The notes under the pieces: generated by a model
What the model was told of the DNA's origin: nothing
Seen by the model: only the letters and a program-made list of their open reading frames with translations
Databases searched by the model: none
Made by a program: the position numbers and the translations under genes
Shown here: piece by piece, positions 1 to 9,111 of the stretch
Layout: each line of letters opens with the position of its first letter
Numbering within the stretch: the stretch's first letter is position 1
Source: Thermodesulfobacteriota bacterium
GTDB lineage: Bacteria > Desulfobacterota > Desulfobacteria > Desulfobacterales > SURF-7
NCBI GenBank assembly: GCA_049320885.1
Contig: JBMORA010000062.1
Span: 1-45,204 of the forward strand
Direction of reading: 5' to 3'
Length of the DNA: 45,204 nt

Positions 1-543
1 GGCGAACGGTTCAAAAGCCTGATCGTGGAAAACGGCGAGACCCTGATCAACTGCCTGGCCTATATCGATCTCAATCCCATCCGCGCCGGTCTCGCGGCCC
101 GGCCGGAAGAATACCGCTGGAGCTCCATGGGCCATCATTTCCAGACCGGCAACCGGGATGATTTCCTGTCCTGGGAGTTCGGGCTGACCGAGTTCGGCGT
201 GGCCGCCGGAGAGGAGCGCCTGCTGCTCTACCGGAAATACGTCTATGAAGCCGGAGCCTTACCGAAGGGTGAAGGGCAAAGTTTGAAGGGTGAAAATACA
301 CGGATAATCAAGAGGGAAACCCTGGAAAAGGAACGGGGAAAAGGGTTCCATGTGTCGCGGGTGGACCGGTTTCTGTTCCGCACCCGCTATTTTTCCGATT
401 CCGGCATCATCGGCAGCAAGGCCTTTGTTTCCGGACTCTACCAGCGGTTCAAGGATCATTTTCACACCACCCGGGTGAAAAAGCCCAAGCGCATCAAGGG
501 TCTTGATGGAATTTATTCCCTGAAACGGCTTGCGGAAGCATAA
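1..543 (+). mobile_element. REP-associated tyrosine transposase (RAYT, Y1/IS200-like family), 5'-truncated by the window edge
   Basis: Frame is open from base 1 (GERFKSLIVE...). It carries the RAYT signature RFKS...LAYIDLNPIRAGL...PEEYRWSS, including the catalytic Tyr. The HUH motif would lie upstream of the window. Confidence 0.85.
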
Positions 544-583
544 AACCTGGCGAAAAAAACCTGAAGAAAGCGACCCGTGCGAG

Positions 584-1561
584 CTACGAAGAAACCGATT
601 CCAGCAGCAGTTGGACCTGTTTTTTGATCTCGTCCCGCACGGAGCGCATGAATTCGATGGATTTTCCCGAAGGGTCAGGCAGGGCCCAGTCCTGGCGCGC
701 GGCCCCGGGGACAAAGGGACATTGCTCGGCGCAGCCCATGGTGATCAGCAGGTCCGGTTTCACCCGGGAAAGTACATCGCCCAGGGACCGGGGCGTTCGA
801 TACATCATATCGATCCCCTCTTCCGCCATCACGGCTTCCATCAGGGGATTGACGCTGTCGGCCGGCGTACTCCCGGCACTGTAGGCGGCGATCCGGTCTC
901 CGCCGAGCAAACTGGCGTAGGCCGCCGCCATCTGGCTGCGGCAGGCGTTTTCCCGGCAGGCGAAAATCACCGTCTTCCGGTTTTCCAGGGAACCGGTCAG
1001 GGTCGGCACCGCCTGATCCACATCCGTTGCCAGTGCGGGATGGGCGGCCATGTCACCGGGATGTTCGATGCGCCGGTAGGTCAGGCTGCCCATGTAAGCG
1101 GCGCCAATGGCATCGAAAAAATACTTGGCGGTGAGTTCCATGCCTTCAAACAGGTTTTTGCCCTTGGTGGCGCCCACGGCCAACAGATACCCTTTGCGGA
1201 TCCGCCGTTTGGGATCGGTCAGGTTCAGCTTGTATTTCCGGGACCAGAGGGCCTGGGACCTGTCGATGAGCGCTTTCAGCTGGGCCGGGGCATTGTAAAA
1301 ATAGATCGGCGTCGCCAGCACCACGGCATCGGCCATGCGCAGGAGCGGGTAGATGTTCCGGACCATGTCATCGTCCTCGATGACGCACCGGCCTTTCTTT
1401 TCGCAAAACCCGCATCCACGGCAGGGTTCCAGGTTCAGTTTCGGGACTTCTACTACGGAAGTATCGGCACCCCGCTTGTTCGCGGTCGCCATGAAAGCAG
1501 ACAGCAGATGCGCCGTATTGCCTTTCAGCCGGGGGCTTCCCTGCAAACCGAGAATCATCAT
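584..1561 (-). CDS. Iron-sulfur flavoprotein (NADPH-dependent FMN reductase family) fused to a thioredoxin-type arsenate reductase / LMW-PTP domain
   Basis: N-terminus GSPRLKGNT, Isf-like CRGCGFC...C, ATPIYF, LKALIDR. C-terminus VIFACRENACRSQMA (CX5R), SAGS, MGCAEQCP, DWALPDP. Start placed at MMILG. Confidence 0.85.
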   Translation of the reverse strand: MMILGLQGSPRLKGNTAHLLSAFMATANKRGADTSVVEVPKLNLEPCRGCGFCEKKGRCVIEDDDMVRNIYPLLRMADAVVLATPIYFYNAPAQLKALIDRSQALWSRKYKLNLTDPKRRIRKGYLLAVGATKGKNLFEGMELTAKYFFDAIGAAYMGSLTYRRIEHPGDMAAHPALATDVDQAVPTLTGSLENRKTVIFACRENACRSQMAAAYASLLGGDRIAAYSAGSTPADSVNPLMEAVMAEEGIDMMYRTPRSLGDVLSRVKPDLLITMGCAEQCPFVPGAARQDWALPDPSGKSIEFMRSVRDEIKKQVQLLLESVSS

Positions 1562-1566
1562 CCGTG

Positions 1567-1911
1567 CTACCCCTTGATGTTGTGACACTGTTTACAGCTG
1601 GTGGGTCCGGTCTTGCCGCCTTCCTTGGCCTTCTGGCGGTGGCATTTCACGCAGGCATTCATGACCGCCTTTTTGGCCAGTTTGCCGTCCTTCTTGAGCC
1701 CCTCGACGGCCCCGGCGGTCTGGGGAAACTGGGCATGGCAGAGATTGCAGTCCGCAAGGGCGTTCTGATGCCGGTGATGCGGAAAAGCGACATTTCCGCT
1801 GGCACCGCCCTGGAGGACCATTTCCTCCGCCCCCTTGTTTTCGGCCATGGCCATGGCGGCAATACCGGCCATCAGCACCAGACCCCCATAGATCACCTGT
1901 TTCCATTTCAT
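1567..1911 (-). CDS. Periplasmic class III triheme cytochrome c (c7/c3-like)
   Basis: Signal peptide MKWKQVIYGGLVLMAGIAAMAMA, FPHHRH, three CxxCH motifs (CNLCH, CVKCH, CKQCH). AGGAGG RBS upstream of ATG 1911. Confidence 0.9.
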   Translation of the reverse strand: MKWKQVIYGGLVLMAGIAAMAMAENKGAEEMVLQGGASGNVAFPHHRHQNALADCNLCHAQFPQTAGAVEGLKKDGKLAKKAVMNACVKCHRQKAKEGGKTGPTSCKQCHNIKG

Positions 1912-2023
1912 ACGTTCCCGCCTCCTTGCTTCCTGATCATCGCCGGGCTGGACATGCGACAGCGGCCGATCACGAGGATCGACCGCTGTTGTCAACCGCA
2001 CGCCGTCTTCCGGAACATACCGT

Positions 2024-3052
2024 TCAATAGGCCTCTTCGTATGCCAGATCGGCCGCCGTTACTTTTCCGGTGAACAGTCTATACGCCCAAATCTGATAAA
2101 TCAAGACGATGGGAATGAAAATCGCCACCACCACCAGCATGATGGTAAGGGTCAGGGGGCTGGAGGAGGCGTTGTAGGCCGTCAGACTGAATTCCGGATT
2201 CAGGCTGGAGGGGAAGAGGTTGGGGAACAACCCCGTCACACCGAAAAACGTGCAGGCGACGATTGTCAAAGCCGAAGCCAGCCATGCCTTGAAATAAGCC
2301 TCTCTTGCCAGCAGCAGGCGCACGGCCAGCAGGGCGACCACCGCAATCAACGGAATACCGAACAACACCGGATGAGCCAGGTAGTTATCGTACAATTTCG
2401 TGGAGAACCAGGTAAGCGTCAGGAACAGCACCGCGGCGGCCGTCAACACCGGCCACAGCATGCCGGCCGTTTTCCTGGACCTTTCCTGGAGTTCGCCTTC
2501 GGTCCGGATGGTCAACCAGAGGGCCCCGTGTTGCAGGAACAACAACAGAAACAGAAGTCCGCCGGCCAGCCCGTAGGGGTTGAGCAGGGTCAGCAGTGTC
2601 CCGTGGTAGACACCCTCCTTGTCGACGGGAATCCCCTGGAAGATATTGGCGAAGGCCACGCCGAAGAGCAAGGCCGGGGTGAAACTGCCGATGAAAATCG
2701 CCGTGTCCCATAATTTCCGCCAGGCGGGATTCGCCACCTTGCCCCGGAATTCGAAGGACACCCCGCGGAGAATCAGGGCGAACAGAATCAGCATCAGGGC
2801 CGAATACAACGAGGAGAACATCACCGCGTAGACCGTGGGAAAAGCGGCGAAGGTCACGCCGCCGGCGGTGATCAGCCAGACTTCGTTGCCGTCCCAGAGC
2901 GGCCCCAGGGAATTGATCATGATCCGTTTCTCCTGATCGTTCTTCCCCAGAAAGGGATACAGGGTTCCGACCCCCAGATCGAACCCGTCGGTGATGAAGA
3001 ATACCGCCCACAGCAAGCCCCATAGAAAAAACCAGATTGCCTGTAAATCCAT
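2024..3052 (-). CDS. cydB: Cytochrome bd ubiquinol oxidase subunit II
   Basis: DGFDLGVG, GPLWDGNEVWLI, LRGVSFEFR motifs; follows cydA. Confidence 0.97.
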   Translation of the reverse strand: MDLQAIWFFLWGLLWAVFFITDGFDLGVGTLYPFLGKNDQEKRIMINSLGPLWDGNEVWLITAGGVTFAAFPTVYAVMFSSLYSALMLILFALILRGVSFEFRGKVANPAWRKLWDTAIFIGSFTPALLFGVAFANIFQGIPVDKEGVYHGTLLTLLNPYGLAGGLLFLLLFLQHGALWLTIRTEGELQERSRKTAGMLWPVLTAAAVLFLTLTWFSTKLYDNYLAHPVLFGIPLIAVVALLAVRLLLAREAYFKAWLASALTIVACTFFGVTGLFPNLFPSSLNPEFSLTAYNASSSPLTLTIMLVVVAIFIPIVLIYQIWAYRLFTGKVTAADLAYEEAY

Positions 3053-3115
3053 TCAATACCTCCTTCATTGCCGGGACAAGGCCGCGCCTGCCCGCGCCGT
3101 ATGCGACCTGAATTC

Positions 3116-4429
3116 TTAGGATACCTCAACCGTCGCCGGACCTTTTTTCGCGTTCTGATAGATCAGGTAAAACCCCATTGCGCCGAGCAGGCCGTACAGC
3201 AAGACAAAGCCGATCAGGGTCACGAGCACCTGGGAGCCGGCGATGGGCGAGGCCGCGTCGGCGGTGCGCATCAGCCCGTAGACGATCCAGGGTTGCCGGC
3301 CGACCTCGGCCAGCACCCATCCCAGTTCCAGGGCGATATAGGGCAGCGGGATGGAAAACACCATGGCCTTCAGCAGCAGCGGACTCTCCAGCAGCTTGTT
3401 GCGGCGGAACCAGGCTACCGTCATGAGCAGGATGAAATACGTGCCCAGGCCCACCATCCCCCGGAAGGCCAGGAAGGTGATCCACACCGGCGGCCGCTCG
3501 TCCTTGGGAAAGGACTTCAGGCCCCGCACCTCGGCGTTGAAGTCATGATAGCCGAGGAAGCTGAGCAGACCGGGAATGGAACCGATCTCGATGCGGTTTC
3601 GCTCATTTTCCTCATCGGGAATGGCGAACAGGTGAATGGGGGCCTGACGGGCGGTTTCCCAATGGGCCTCCATGGCGGCCAGCTTGGCCGGCTGCACCTC
3701 GCTGACATGGACGCCGTGCATGTCCCCCTCGATGGCCACGAAAAAGGCCGCCGCGACGCCGAAAACCAGGGCGATCCGGAAGGAACGGGTGAAAAAGTCC
3801 GTCTGGTTTCGTTTCAAAAGGTGATAGGCGCTGATCCCCATGACGAAAAAGGCGCTGAGGACAAAGGCGCCGCCGAGGGTGTGAAGCAACTGAAGGATGG
3901 CGAATTTATTGAAAACCACCGCCGTGAAGTCCAGCAATTCGGCCCGGCCGTTGCGGATGGTGTAGCCCACCGGATGCTGCATCCAACCGTTGGCGATGAT
4001 GATCCAGAGGGCGGATAAATTGCCGGCCAGGGCCACCAGCCAGATGACAACGGCATGGGCTTTCTTGGATAGTTTTTTCCAGCCGAAAATCCAGACTCCC
4101 AGCAGGGTGGATTCCAGGAAAAAAGCCACGGAGGCCTCGATGGCCAAAAGCGACCCGAAAATATCCCCCACATAGGCGGAATAGCGGGACCAGTTGGTGC
4201 CGAACTGGAATTCCAGGGTGATGCCGGTGACCACCCCCAGGGCGAAATTGATCAGAAATAATTTACCCCAGAATTTGGTCATGCGCAGGTAGGTTTCATC
4301 TCCGGAACGGACATATTTCGTCTCCATTACCGCCACGATTACCGCCAATCCAAGGGTCAGGGGAACAAACAGAAAATGGAACATCGTTGCTGCGGCGAAC
4401 TGCAGGCGGGAAAGCAGCACAACATCCAT
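3116..4429 (-). CDS. cydA: Cytochrome bd ubiquinol oxidase subunit I
   Basis: LSRLQFA..HFLFVPLTLG, GITLEFQFGTNWS, QPAKLAAME, EVGRQPW. Confidence 0.98.
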   Translation of the reverse strand: MDVVLLSRLQFAAATMFHFLFVPLTLGLAVIVAVMETKYVRSGDETYLRMTKFWGKLFLINFALGVVTGITLEFQFGTNWSRYSAYVGDIFGSLLAIEASVAFFLESTLLGVWIFGWKKLSKKAHAVVIWLVALAGNLSALWIIIANGWMQHPVGYTIRNGRAELLDFTAVVFNKFAILQLLHTLGGAFVLSAFFVMGISAYHLLKRNQTDFFTRSFRIALVFGVAAAFFVAIEGDMHGVHVSEVQPAKLAAMEAHWETARQAPIHLFAIPDEENERNRIEIGSIPGLLSFLGYHDFNAEVRGLKSFPKDERPPVWITFLAFRGMVGLGTYFILLMTVAWFRRNKLLESPLLLKAMVFSIPLPYIALELGWVLAEVGRQPWIVYGLMRTADAASPIAGSQVLVTLIGFVLLYGLLGAMGFYLIYQNAKKGPATVEVS

Positions 4430-4497
4430 CGGCGCCTCCTATGGTTTCTGTATTGATTTATGATTTGAGAAGAAAGATGACGTTCCGATCCGTCCGA

Positions 4498-4686
4498 TCA
4501 GGCGCCGCCCTCCAGTTTGCATTTTGTGAAGTCGATGGGTTTGCCGCAGCCCTTGCAGTTGTGGGGCTTGTCGAATTCATCGGAAAAAATTTCCAATTCC
4601 TTCCCGCAGCCCGGACATTTGCAGGAGAAAGTCTTCAGGCTTTTGAACTGTTCGAATCCGGGGCAATGCTTGGGGGTCGTGGTCAT
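4498..4686 (-). CDS. Small Cys-rich zinc-ribbon-like protein (62 aa)
   Basis: CPG..CKCPGCG..CKGCG..C; AGGAGG RBS; co-oriented within the cluster. Confidence 0.75.
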   Translation of the reverse strand: MTTTPKHCPGFEQFKSLKTFSCKCPGCGKELEIFSDEFDKPHNCKGCGKPIDFTKCKLEGGA

Positions 4687-4730
4687 GCTGTCCTCCTTTC
4701 GGTCATGGTTTTTATACGGTTATTTTTTGA

Positions 4731-5168
4731 TTACAAACCCATTTTCTTGGCGATCTCACGTCCATAATCCTGGGCCATTTTCATCCCGCCGCCGAGGCTG
4801 CTCGACTTGAGCATCAGCGGAGCCGCCACCATCTCCATCCGGAAGATGTTTTTCATGGTGTCGAAGATGCGTCCCGGGGCCTCGCCGCTCCAGCCGAAAG
4901 CGCCGAAAGCGCCGCCGATCTTGCCGGAAAGGCCGGCTTTCTCAGCCAGAAACAGCAGGGTTTTCATCGCCTGCATCATGTCCCCGTGGTAGGTCGCGGA
5001 GCCGAAAACCACCGCATCGTATCCCGTCAACTGGTCTTCCTTATTGATCGCGACGGCTTTCTCGAAAACGGCCTCCCCCCCGGAAAACCGGATGCCCTCG
5101 GCGATCAATTCGCCGATGCGATCGGTTTCCCCGGTTCGGGAGGCGCTGACAATCAACGCTCTTGCCAT
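4731..5168 (-). CDS. Flavodoxin (resembles the FprA C-terminal domain)
   Basis: SASRTGETDRI FMN loop, FGSATYHG, AFGAFGWSGEA. Confidence 0.9.
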   Translation of the reverse strand: MARALIVSASRTGETDRIGELIAEGIRFSGGEAVFEKAVAINKEDQLTGYDAVVFGSATYHGDMMQAMKTLLFLAEKAGLSGKIGGAFGAFGWSGEAPGRIFDTMKNIFRMEMVAAPLMLKSSSLGGGMKMAQDYGREIAKKMGL

Positions 5169-5181
5169 GAATCAAACCCTT

Positions 5182-5337
5182 TCACTTGATCCGCTTGTCC
5201 ACTCCCGAATCGGAACAATCGGGAGTATAGCAGGAATTATCGACGAATTCACATTTGGCCTTGCAGGACGGACATTTCTCCGGCGGCTGGGCGGCCGTGA
5301 ACGTATATCCGCAGTTGGTGCATTTCCAGCTAGTCAT
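5182..5337 (-). CDS. Rubredoxin-like small protein (51 aa)
   Basis: WKCTNCGY...PPEKCPSC plus a CEF..SCYTPDC tail; AGGAGG RBS before ATG 5337. Confidence 0.85.
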   Translation of the reverse strand: MTSWKCTNCGYTFTAAQPPEKCPSCKAKCEFVDNSCYTPDCSDSGVDKRIK

Positions 5338-5406
5338 GGTGCCTCCTGATGATGCATGGTTGCCCACGGCCGCTTCCGACCATGGGCAACATCCAGTTGT
5401 CGGTCT

Positions 5407-5781
5407 TCAAGCCTTCCAGAGTCCATGCAGGTTGCAGTACTCGCGGGCGCTGACGCTGGCGGCCTTGATGGTAAAAACCGCCTCCGGCGCTTCGCCCGGT
5501 TTCAGGAACTGACGGTAGACTTTGCCGTCGGCGATGAGTTCCACCCATTCGATATAGTGTTTCTCCTCCATGGGATGGGCCACGGAGCCGACCTTGACCT
5601 TGAATCCGCCTTCGATTTTTTCAATGACCGGCACATGTTTTTCCTTGGCCGCGTCCACCGTGTTTTCCGTCATCAGCTTCATGGGCTTGCCGCAGCAGAC
5701 CAGTTCCCCCGCTCCGCCGTGAAGCACCTCGACGATGTTGCCGCATACTTCGCATTTATAGACTTCCAGTTGCTTGGCCAT
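5407..5781 (-). CDS. dfx: Desulfoferrodoxin (2Fe superoxide reductase)
   Basis: [35 protein letters not shown]. Confidence 0.97.
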   Translation of the reverse strand: MAKQLEVYKCEVCGNIVEVLHGGAGELVCCGKPMKLMTENTVDAAKEKHVPVIEKIEGGFKVKVGSVAHPMEEKHYIEWVELIADGKVYRQFLKPGEAPEAVFTIKAASVSAREYCNLHGLWKA

Positions 5782-5862
5782 TCCGCTCTCCTTTCTGAAA
5801 AATTGTCAATGAACCCGAAGGTCCGGTCCTCATTCCGTCATTGGGTTGTTGCCTGAGCGGGG

Positions 5863-6438
5863 TTAGTAATTTTCCCCGAGCAGTTCGAAATGGGCCTGGG
5901 GATGGGCGCAGGCCGGGCAGGCACCGGGCGCTTCCTGACCGTCATGGAGATAACCGCAGTTGCGGCAACGCCACGTGACCGCTTTTTCCCGTTTGAAAAC
6001 ACGGCCGGCCTGAATGTTGGCTGCAAGGTCGTTATAGCGTTTTTCGTGTTGTTTTTCGGCCACGGCGATCTTTTCGAAAACCATGGCAACGGCCTCGAAT
6101 CCTTCCTGACGGGCGGTCTTGGCGAAGCCCGGATACATTTCCGTCTGCTCGTAGTGTTCACCGGCGGCCGCGGCCTTCAGGTTTTCGAGGGTGGTGCCGA
6201 CAACGCCGGCGGGGAAAGCGCCGGTGATCTGGAGCTCGCCGCCCTCCAGGAAACTGAAGAACCGTTTGGCATGTTCCTTTTCCTGGTTGGCGGTTTCCTC
6301 GAAAATATCGGCGATCTGGACATAACCTTCTTTTCTGGCTTTGCTGGCGAAATACGTGTAGCGATTTCTGGCCTGGGATTCTCCCGCGAAAGCGGTCAAC
6401 AGATTTTTCTCGGTTTGGGTTCCTTTCAGATTAGCCAC
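5863..6438 (-). CDS. rbr: Rubrerythrin
   Basis: [28 protein letters not shown]-terminal CRNCG..CPACAHP. GTG start at 6438 with GGAGGAG RBS. Confidence 0.97.
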   Translation of the reverse strand: MANLKGTQTEKNLLTAFAGESQARNRYTYFASKARKEGYVQIADIFEETANQEKEHAKRFFSFLEGGELQITGAFPAGVVGTTLENLKAAAAGEHYEQTEMYPGFAKTARQEGFEAVAMVFEKIAVAEKQHEKRYNDLAANIQAGRVFKREKAVTWRCRNCGYLHDGQEAPGACPACAHPQAHFELLGENY

Positions 6439-6481
6439 GTTTGCTCCTCCTCTCATCCGTTTTTTCAGGACATACCTGAAT

Positions 6482-6838
6482 TTATGATTGGGTTTCCTTT
6501 TCTTCCTTCCACCAGCCTTTGCGGATATGCGCCTTCTTTTCCGCCTCCGCGAGCTGCCTGAGCTTGAAGGCATAGTCGCGCAAGAGGCCGAACAACACGC
6601 CGCATCCCGTATCCTCCCGATGGATATCGCCGTCATCGGCCAGCGTCATCATCTCATTCGTCAATCGCAAAATGCGCCGAATGTTTTCATCACAGGCTTT
6701 CAAGTATTCATCGCTCCGGTGAGATGCGCTGGTATTGGATACGTTCCGGAAGGACCGGCACGGCAAAAATAACCGGCCTTGATCCATCCGGCGGATACAG
6801 GACGATATCGGACTGCTCCTATTCAAATGACGTGCCAA
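6482..6838 (-). CDS. Small helical hypothetical protein; true start uncertain, probably shorter than this ORF
   Basis: Protein-like C-terminal 75 aa ([39 protein letters not shown]...GWW) directly upstream of rbr. Confidence 0.6.
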   Translation of the reverse strand: MARHLNRSSPISSCIRRMDQGRLFLPCRSFRNVSNTSASHRSDEYLKACDENIRRILRLTNEMMTLADDGDIHREDTGCGVLFGLLRDYAFKLRQLAEAEKKAHIRKGWWKEEKETQS

Positions 6839-6885
6839 ATTTCAAATACCGCGCCGAACCGAACAACCGGTTTCGCATCATCGCA

Positions 6886-6910
6886 AATTGATTTGATATT
6901 ACAATCAATT
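6886..6910. promoter_or_regulatory. AT-rich inverted repeat AATTGATT-N9-AATCAATT; candidate operator for the oxidative-stress cluster
   Basis: Perfect 8-bp arms in the AT-rich intergenic region upstream of the rbr cluster. Confidence 0.45.
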
Positions 6911-7245
6911 AAAAAGGAAGCGCCGCTTGTATTCGGGTCGGTTACCATCCGGTTGTCCAGGGCACTGTTTCAATTCAGGCTACATAGCACAAGCCGCAAC
7001 CAAACACAATTCCGTATCCGCCGGTGGCCACCGGATTGTTTTACGCCGGGTTCATGTCATGATAACCATATGATTTATTAAAATAAATTTGTGAATAACA
7101 CCATACCGGAAACCGGCGTCCGGGCGCCTTCCGGCTCGGCCCTTGCAACGCCTCGAAACGAATCGAGACAGATGCGTCTCAGGATACACTCCGCCAGGAA
7201 AAACAGGCCGTGCTTCGTTGTTTTTCTCCTGCGACGGGAAGCCGG

Positions 7246-7695
7246 TCATTCGATGGAGACCGTCACCTGGGTCGGTTTCTGCTCCTCCGGCTTGGGAATC
7301 CGGACTTCCAGGACCCCGTCCTTGAAGGCGGCCTGGATGGATTCCGGAGCAACATATTCCTGCAGGGTGAAAGCTCGGTAGAACGGGCCGAAAATCCGCT
7401 CCCGCCGGTAATAGCGGTTATCCGGGATGTCCGACTCCGGCAGCCGGGTTCCCCGCAGCACCAGCGTGTTGTCTTTCACATCAACGGAAATGTTTTCCTT
7501 TTTCACCCCCGGAAGCTCCACTTTGATGACGATGCCGTCGCCTTCCTGGTAGATGTCCACCAGCGGTTTCCATGTACCGGTGGCCATGTCCTCGTGACGG
7601 CTTTCCGGATGGGCGAAAGCCTCTTCAAACATCCGGTTGATGCGGCTCTGCAGTGACGCCACGTTGCCGAAGGGATCCCATTTGATGATGGTCAT
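7246..7695 (-). CDS. Hsp20 / alpha-crystallin small heat-shock protein
   Basis: KWDPF, PLVDIY, ELPGV, YYRRER.FGPFYRAF, AFKDGVLEVRIPK; AGGAGG RBS. Confidence 0.95.
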   Translation of the reverse strand: MTIIKWDPFGNVASLQSRINRMFEEAFAHPESRHEDMATGTWKPLVDIYQEGDGIVIKVELPGVKKENISVDVKDNTLVLRGTRLPESDIPDNRYYRRERIFGPFYRAFTLQEYVAPESIQAAFKDGVLEVRIPKPEEQKPTQVTVSIE

Positions 7696-7757
7696 GCGCG
7701 TACCTCCTGATGGCTTGAATGGGTGGATCGGTTGATGGGTGATTCCAACGCACCTAA

Positions 7758-7785
7758 ACCATAACCACTTGGTTTGACCTGTCAA
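7758..7785 (-). promoter_or_regulatory. Possible sigma70-type promoter of hsp20 (TTGACA-N16-TATGGT)
   Basis: Perfect -35 hexamer and a partial -10, about 60 bp upstream of the hsp20 start. Confidence 0.35.
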
Positions 7786-7986
7786 GGCGCCATTCTCCGT
7801 TCGCATTGTGGAGCGGCTTCCAGCCGCCTTGGGGCCATGGCAAGGACAAGAGCTGCAAGCAATGCCGATGGTTCTACAATAAAAAAATTGAGTACCCGGC
7901 GCCGTCATGCTATTAGCGATCAATTTCGCTATGGAACAACCGGCGCGGCGGTATCATTTAAAACCCGACCGAAACAAGGAACGAAC

Positions 7987-9111
7987 ATGGAAAACCGCAA
8001 AAACCCGTTGAAAAAACTGAGCGTCGTCATCCCCTGCTACAATGAGGAAAGAACCCTGGAAAAATGCGTGGAGCGGGTGCTCCGGATCGCGGACGAAACC
8101 CTCGCCCTGGAAATCGTCATTGTGGATGACTGTTCCTCGGACCAAAGCGCCGCCATCGCCGAAAAGCTGGCAGCGGGACATCCGGAAATCCGGCTTTTCC
8201 GCCATGAAAACAACCGGGGCAAGGGAGCGGCCCTCAAAACCGGTTTCCGGAACGCCACCGGGGATTACGTCGCGGTTCAGGACGCGGATCTGGAATATCA
8301 TCCCGATGATTTGAGGCGGCTCATCGTACCCTTGCTGGAGGATCACGCGGATGTGGTCTTCGGATCGCGCTTTCTCACCGCCGGGGCCCATCGGGTACTG
8401 TATTTCTGGCATTACATGGGAAACCGGTTTCTCACGATCCTGTCCAACATGTTCACGGACCTCAATCTCACGGATATGGAAACCTGTTACAAGGTATTCC
8501 GGCGGGAATTGATCCAACAGGTGGATATCGAGGAAAACCGCTTCGGCATCGAACCGGAGATCACGGCCAAGATCGCTCACCTGCGTCCCCGGATTTATGA
8601 AATGGGAATATCCTACTACGGCCGCACCTATGAGGAAGGCAAAAAAATCGGGGTCAGGGACGGCTTCCGGGCCCTGTACTGCATTTTCCGGTACAACGCC
8701 CCCCATGCGCCGCTGCCCGTCCAATTTCTGATCTACTCCACCATCGGCACCCTGTCAGCGGTGATCAACCTCCTGCTGTTTCTGGTGCTGTATTATTCCG
8801 GTCTGGGACTGGGGTTGGCAGCGCCACTGGCTTTTTTCGCCGCCGCCGCCCTCAATTACCAGCTATGCACCATCCTGCTGTTCCGGCAGCATGTGAAATG
8901 GAAATCACGCTCGGAGCTCCTGGTGTATTGCACCTTCGTGGCGGTCATGTCCCTGTTCGACCTCTTTTTCACCGGAATGTTCCTGAAATGGGATTTTTCC
9001 CCGGCAATGGCCAAGATTCTTGCCTCCGTCCTGGGTTTCCTGTTCAATTTCAGCGGCCGGCGTTTCCTTGTTTTTCCGGAAAAAGCCACCCGCCCCTGGG
9101 GCCGAAGTTGA
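7987..9111 (+). CDS. GT2 polyprenol-phosphate glycosyltransferase (DPM1/GtrB-like) fused to a GtrA membrane domain
   Basis: LSVVIPCYNE, VDDCSSD, NRGKGAA, QDADLEY, FGSRF, DMETCYK; C-terminal 4-TM GtrA-like segment. Confidence 0.9.
   Translation: MENRKNPLKKLSVVIPCYNEERTLEKCVERVLRIADETLALEIVIVDDCSSDQSAAIAEKLAAGHPEIRLFRHENNRGKGAALKTGFRNATGDYVAVQDADLEYHPDDLRRLIVPLLEDHADVVFGSRFLTAGAHRVLYFWHYMGNRFLTILSNMFTDLNLTDMETCYKVFRRELIQQVDIEENRFGIEPEITAKIAHLRPRIYEMGISYYGRTYEEGKKIGVRDGFRALYCIFRYNAPHAPLPVQFLIYSTIGTLSAVINLLLFLVLYYSGLGLGLAAPLAFFAAAALNYQLCTILLFRQHVKWKSRSELLVYCTFVAVMSLFDLFFTGMFLKWDFSPAMAKILASVLGFLFNFSGRRFLVFPEKATRPWGRS

Noticed and set aside
530..1585. 351-aa plus-strand ORF following the transposase (possible TnpB-like partner)
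   Set aside because: Lies antisense to the flavoprotein-ArsC gene and shows no RuvC or zinc-finger motifs.
4498..5781. Selenocysteine read-through at TGA stops of the small redox genes
   Set aside because: The proteins appear complete at their TGA, no Cys-equivalent position is interrupted, and I could not identify a SECIS-like hairpin.
6439..6636. Long N-terminal extensions in the ORF track (rbr here; likewise hsp20, azlD, nspC, the GT2 genes, the activator and the response regulator)
   Set aside because: Internal starts with good RBS or stop/start overlaps match family lengths, and the extensions overlap neighbouring genes or promoters.
7696..7800. CIRCE/HrcA operator upstream of hsp20
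   Set aside because: No TTAGCACTC-N9-GAGTGCTAA match.
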